64,000 bases of DNA from Mobula hypostoma (taxonomy: Eukaryota). The notes below the pieces were generated by a model. The model ran no database searches and was not told where the DNA came from. It saw only the letters and a program-made list of their open reading frames with translations. Where the stretch lies: the NCBI RefSeq assembly GCF_963921235.1, contig NC_086097.1, positions 145,454,001-145,518,000 on the forward strand, given 5' to 3'. The position numbers and the translations under genes are program-made. Each line of letters opens with the position of its first letter. Within the stretch, counting starts at the first letter, position 1. Positions 63,211-64,000 of this stretch are shown in pieces.

Positions 63211-64000
63211 ACAAGTAAAGGAGAAAAACTTAGCTTTAAGATGAAAGGGGGAATATTTAAAAGAGATTTATGAGGCAGTTTTTTTTTAAACAGTGGTAAA
63301 TGGCTGGAACATGCTGGGTAGTTACAATTTTTATTATGAAGTTTATGGAATTTCAAGATACTCATAATGATACACTTTACATGATTAAGAAAATTACGTG
63401 AAGGATATGAACAATGATTCTGGGGCAAATGAATTTACAATTTAAAGTTATTAGTAGACTACAGTACTAAGAATAGAAAGGAAAATCCAAATTTAGGTTC
63501 CTTACCGTAATTTTTTTTAGGTATCTGACTGATTCAAGGAGACTTGAATTTTTTTTCAGAGAAAGTCACTGGATTTTTTTCAGAGAAAGCTAACCAGTAA
63601 GTAATCTTTTGCAAAGAAATTGGAAGATCATAGTAATCCCTGGCTGAAGATCTGTTTGAGTATGACAACCATTTATTTTAATTATTAATGAAAGCACTTT
63701 TCTTAACTTTCTATCAATGAGTTCCAAAATATTTAGAATTTGTTAGTAGTTTTATGGGAGAGGTGCGAGAGAAACATTTTAAAATTTACTCAGCACAATC
63801 AACTTGTTTCAAAACTGTTATGGTTTAGACATATGCAAGTGTTTTCTCCCCCCTGAGAGCTCTATAGATTTTCCTTTTCTCCACATCTGTTATGTTTTTT
63901 TTTGAGGCAGTCACTTGTTGGTTGAGGATGACTTATTTTTACTTCAATTGAGAACATTGCTAACCTTCAAACAGCTACAGGTGGGATAGGAGGTACTTGA

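Noticed and set aside
450..63428. Most ORF-track entries as host genes
   Set aside because: They are transposon fragments, their antisense or shifted frames, or low-complexity chance ORFs without splice context.
63921..63951. gttgaggATGact as the SCAP start codon
   Set aside because: It resembles the recalled SCAP start context, but the frame reads MTYFYFN then stops.
1..64000. CRISPR arrays, rRNA or prokaryotic operons
   Set aside because: No regularly spaced repeat-spacer array or rRNA-like sequence was seen; the window has spliceosomal introns and vertebrate repeats.

Overview
This is vertebrate genomic DNA. The CR1, Rex1/Babar, Penelope and V-SINE repeat content suggests a cartilaginous fish, probably a ray (inference). 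The only host coding sequence I can support is the last five coding exons of ELP6 (Elongator subunit 6; + strand, 5696-25448); its first two exons lie upstream of the window. A CpG-rich promoter and non-coding first exon of a second + strand gene sit at about 35.2-35.7 kb. By recalled human synteny this is probably SCAP, but I found no SCAP coding exon here. Most of the remaining sequence is nested transposable elements: CR1 and Rex1/Babar LINEs, two solo LTRs with 4-bp target-site duplications (TSDs), a non-autonomous Harbinger, a Tigger-like element, a DD34E Tc1 relic with its MITE, hAT MITEs, tRNA-derived SINEs and a HERO-like fragment. The most striking system is a family of Penelope-like (RT + GIY-YIG) insertions sharing one architecture: an 11-15 bp TSD, inverted terminal arms of which only one keeps a ~35-nt tail, and a minimal hammerhead ribozyme motif in the arms. 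These range from 2.3 kb down to 147 bp non-coding foldbacks. Repeat boundaries without a quoted TSD or terminal inverted repeat (TIR) are approximate.
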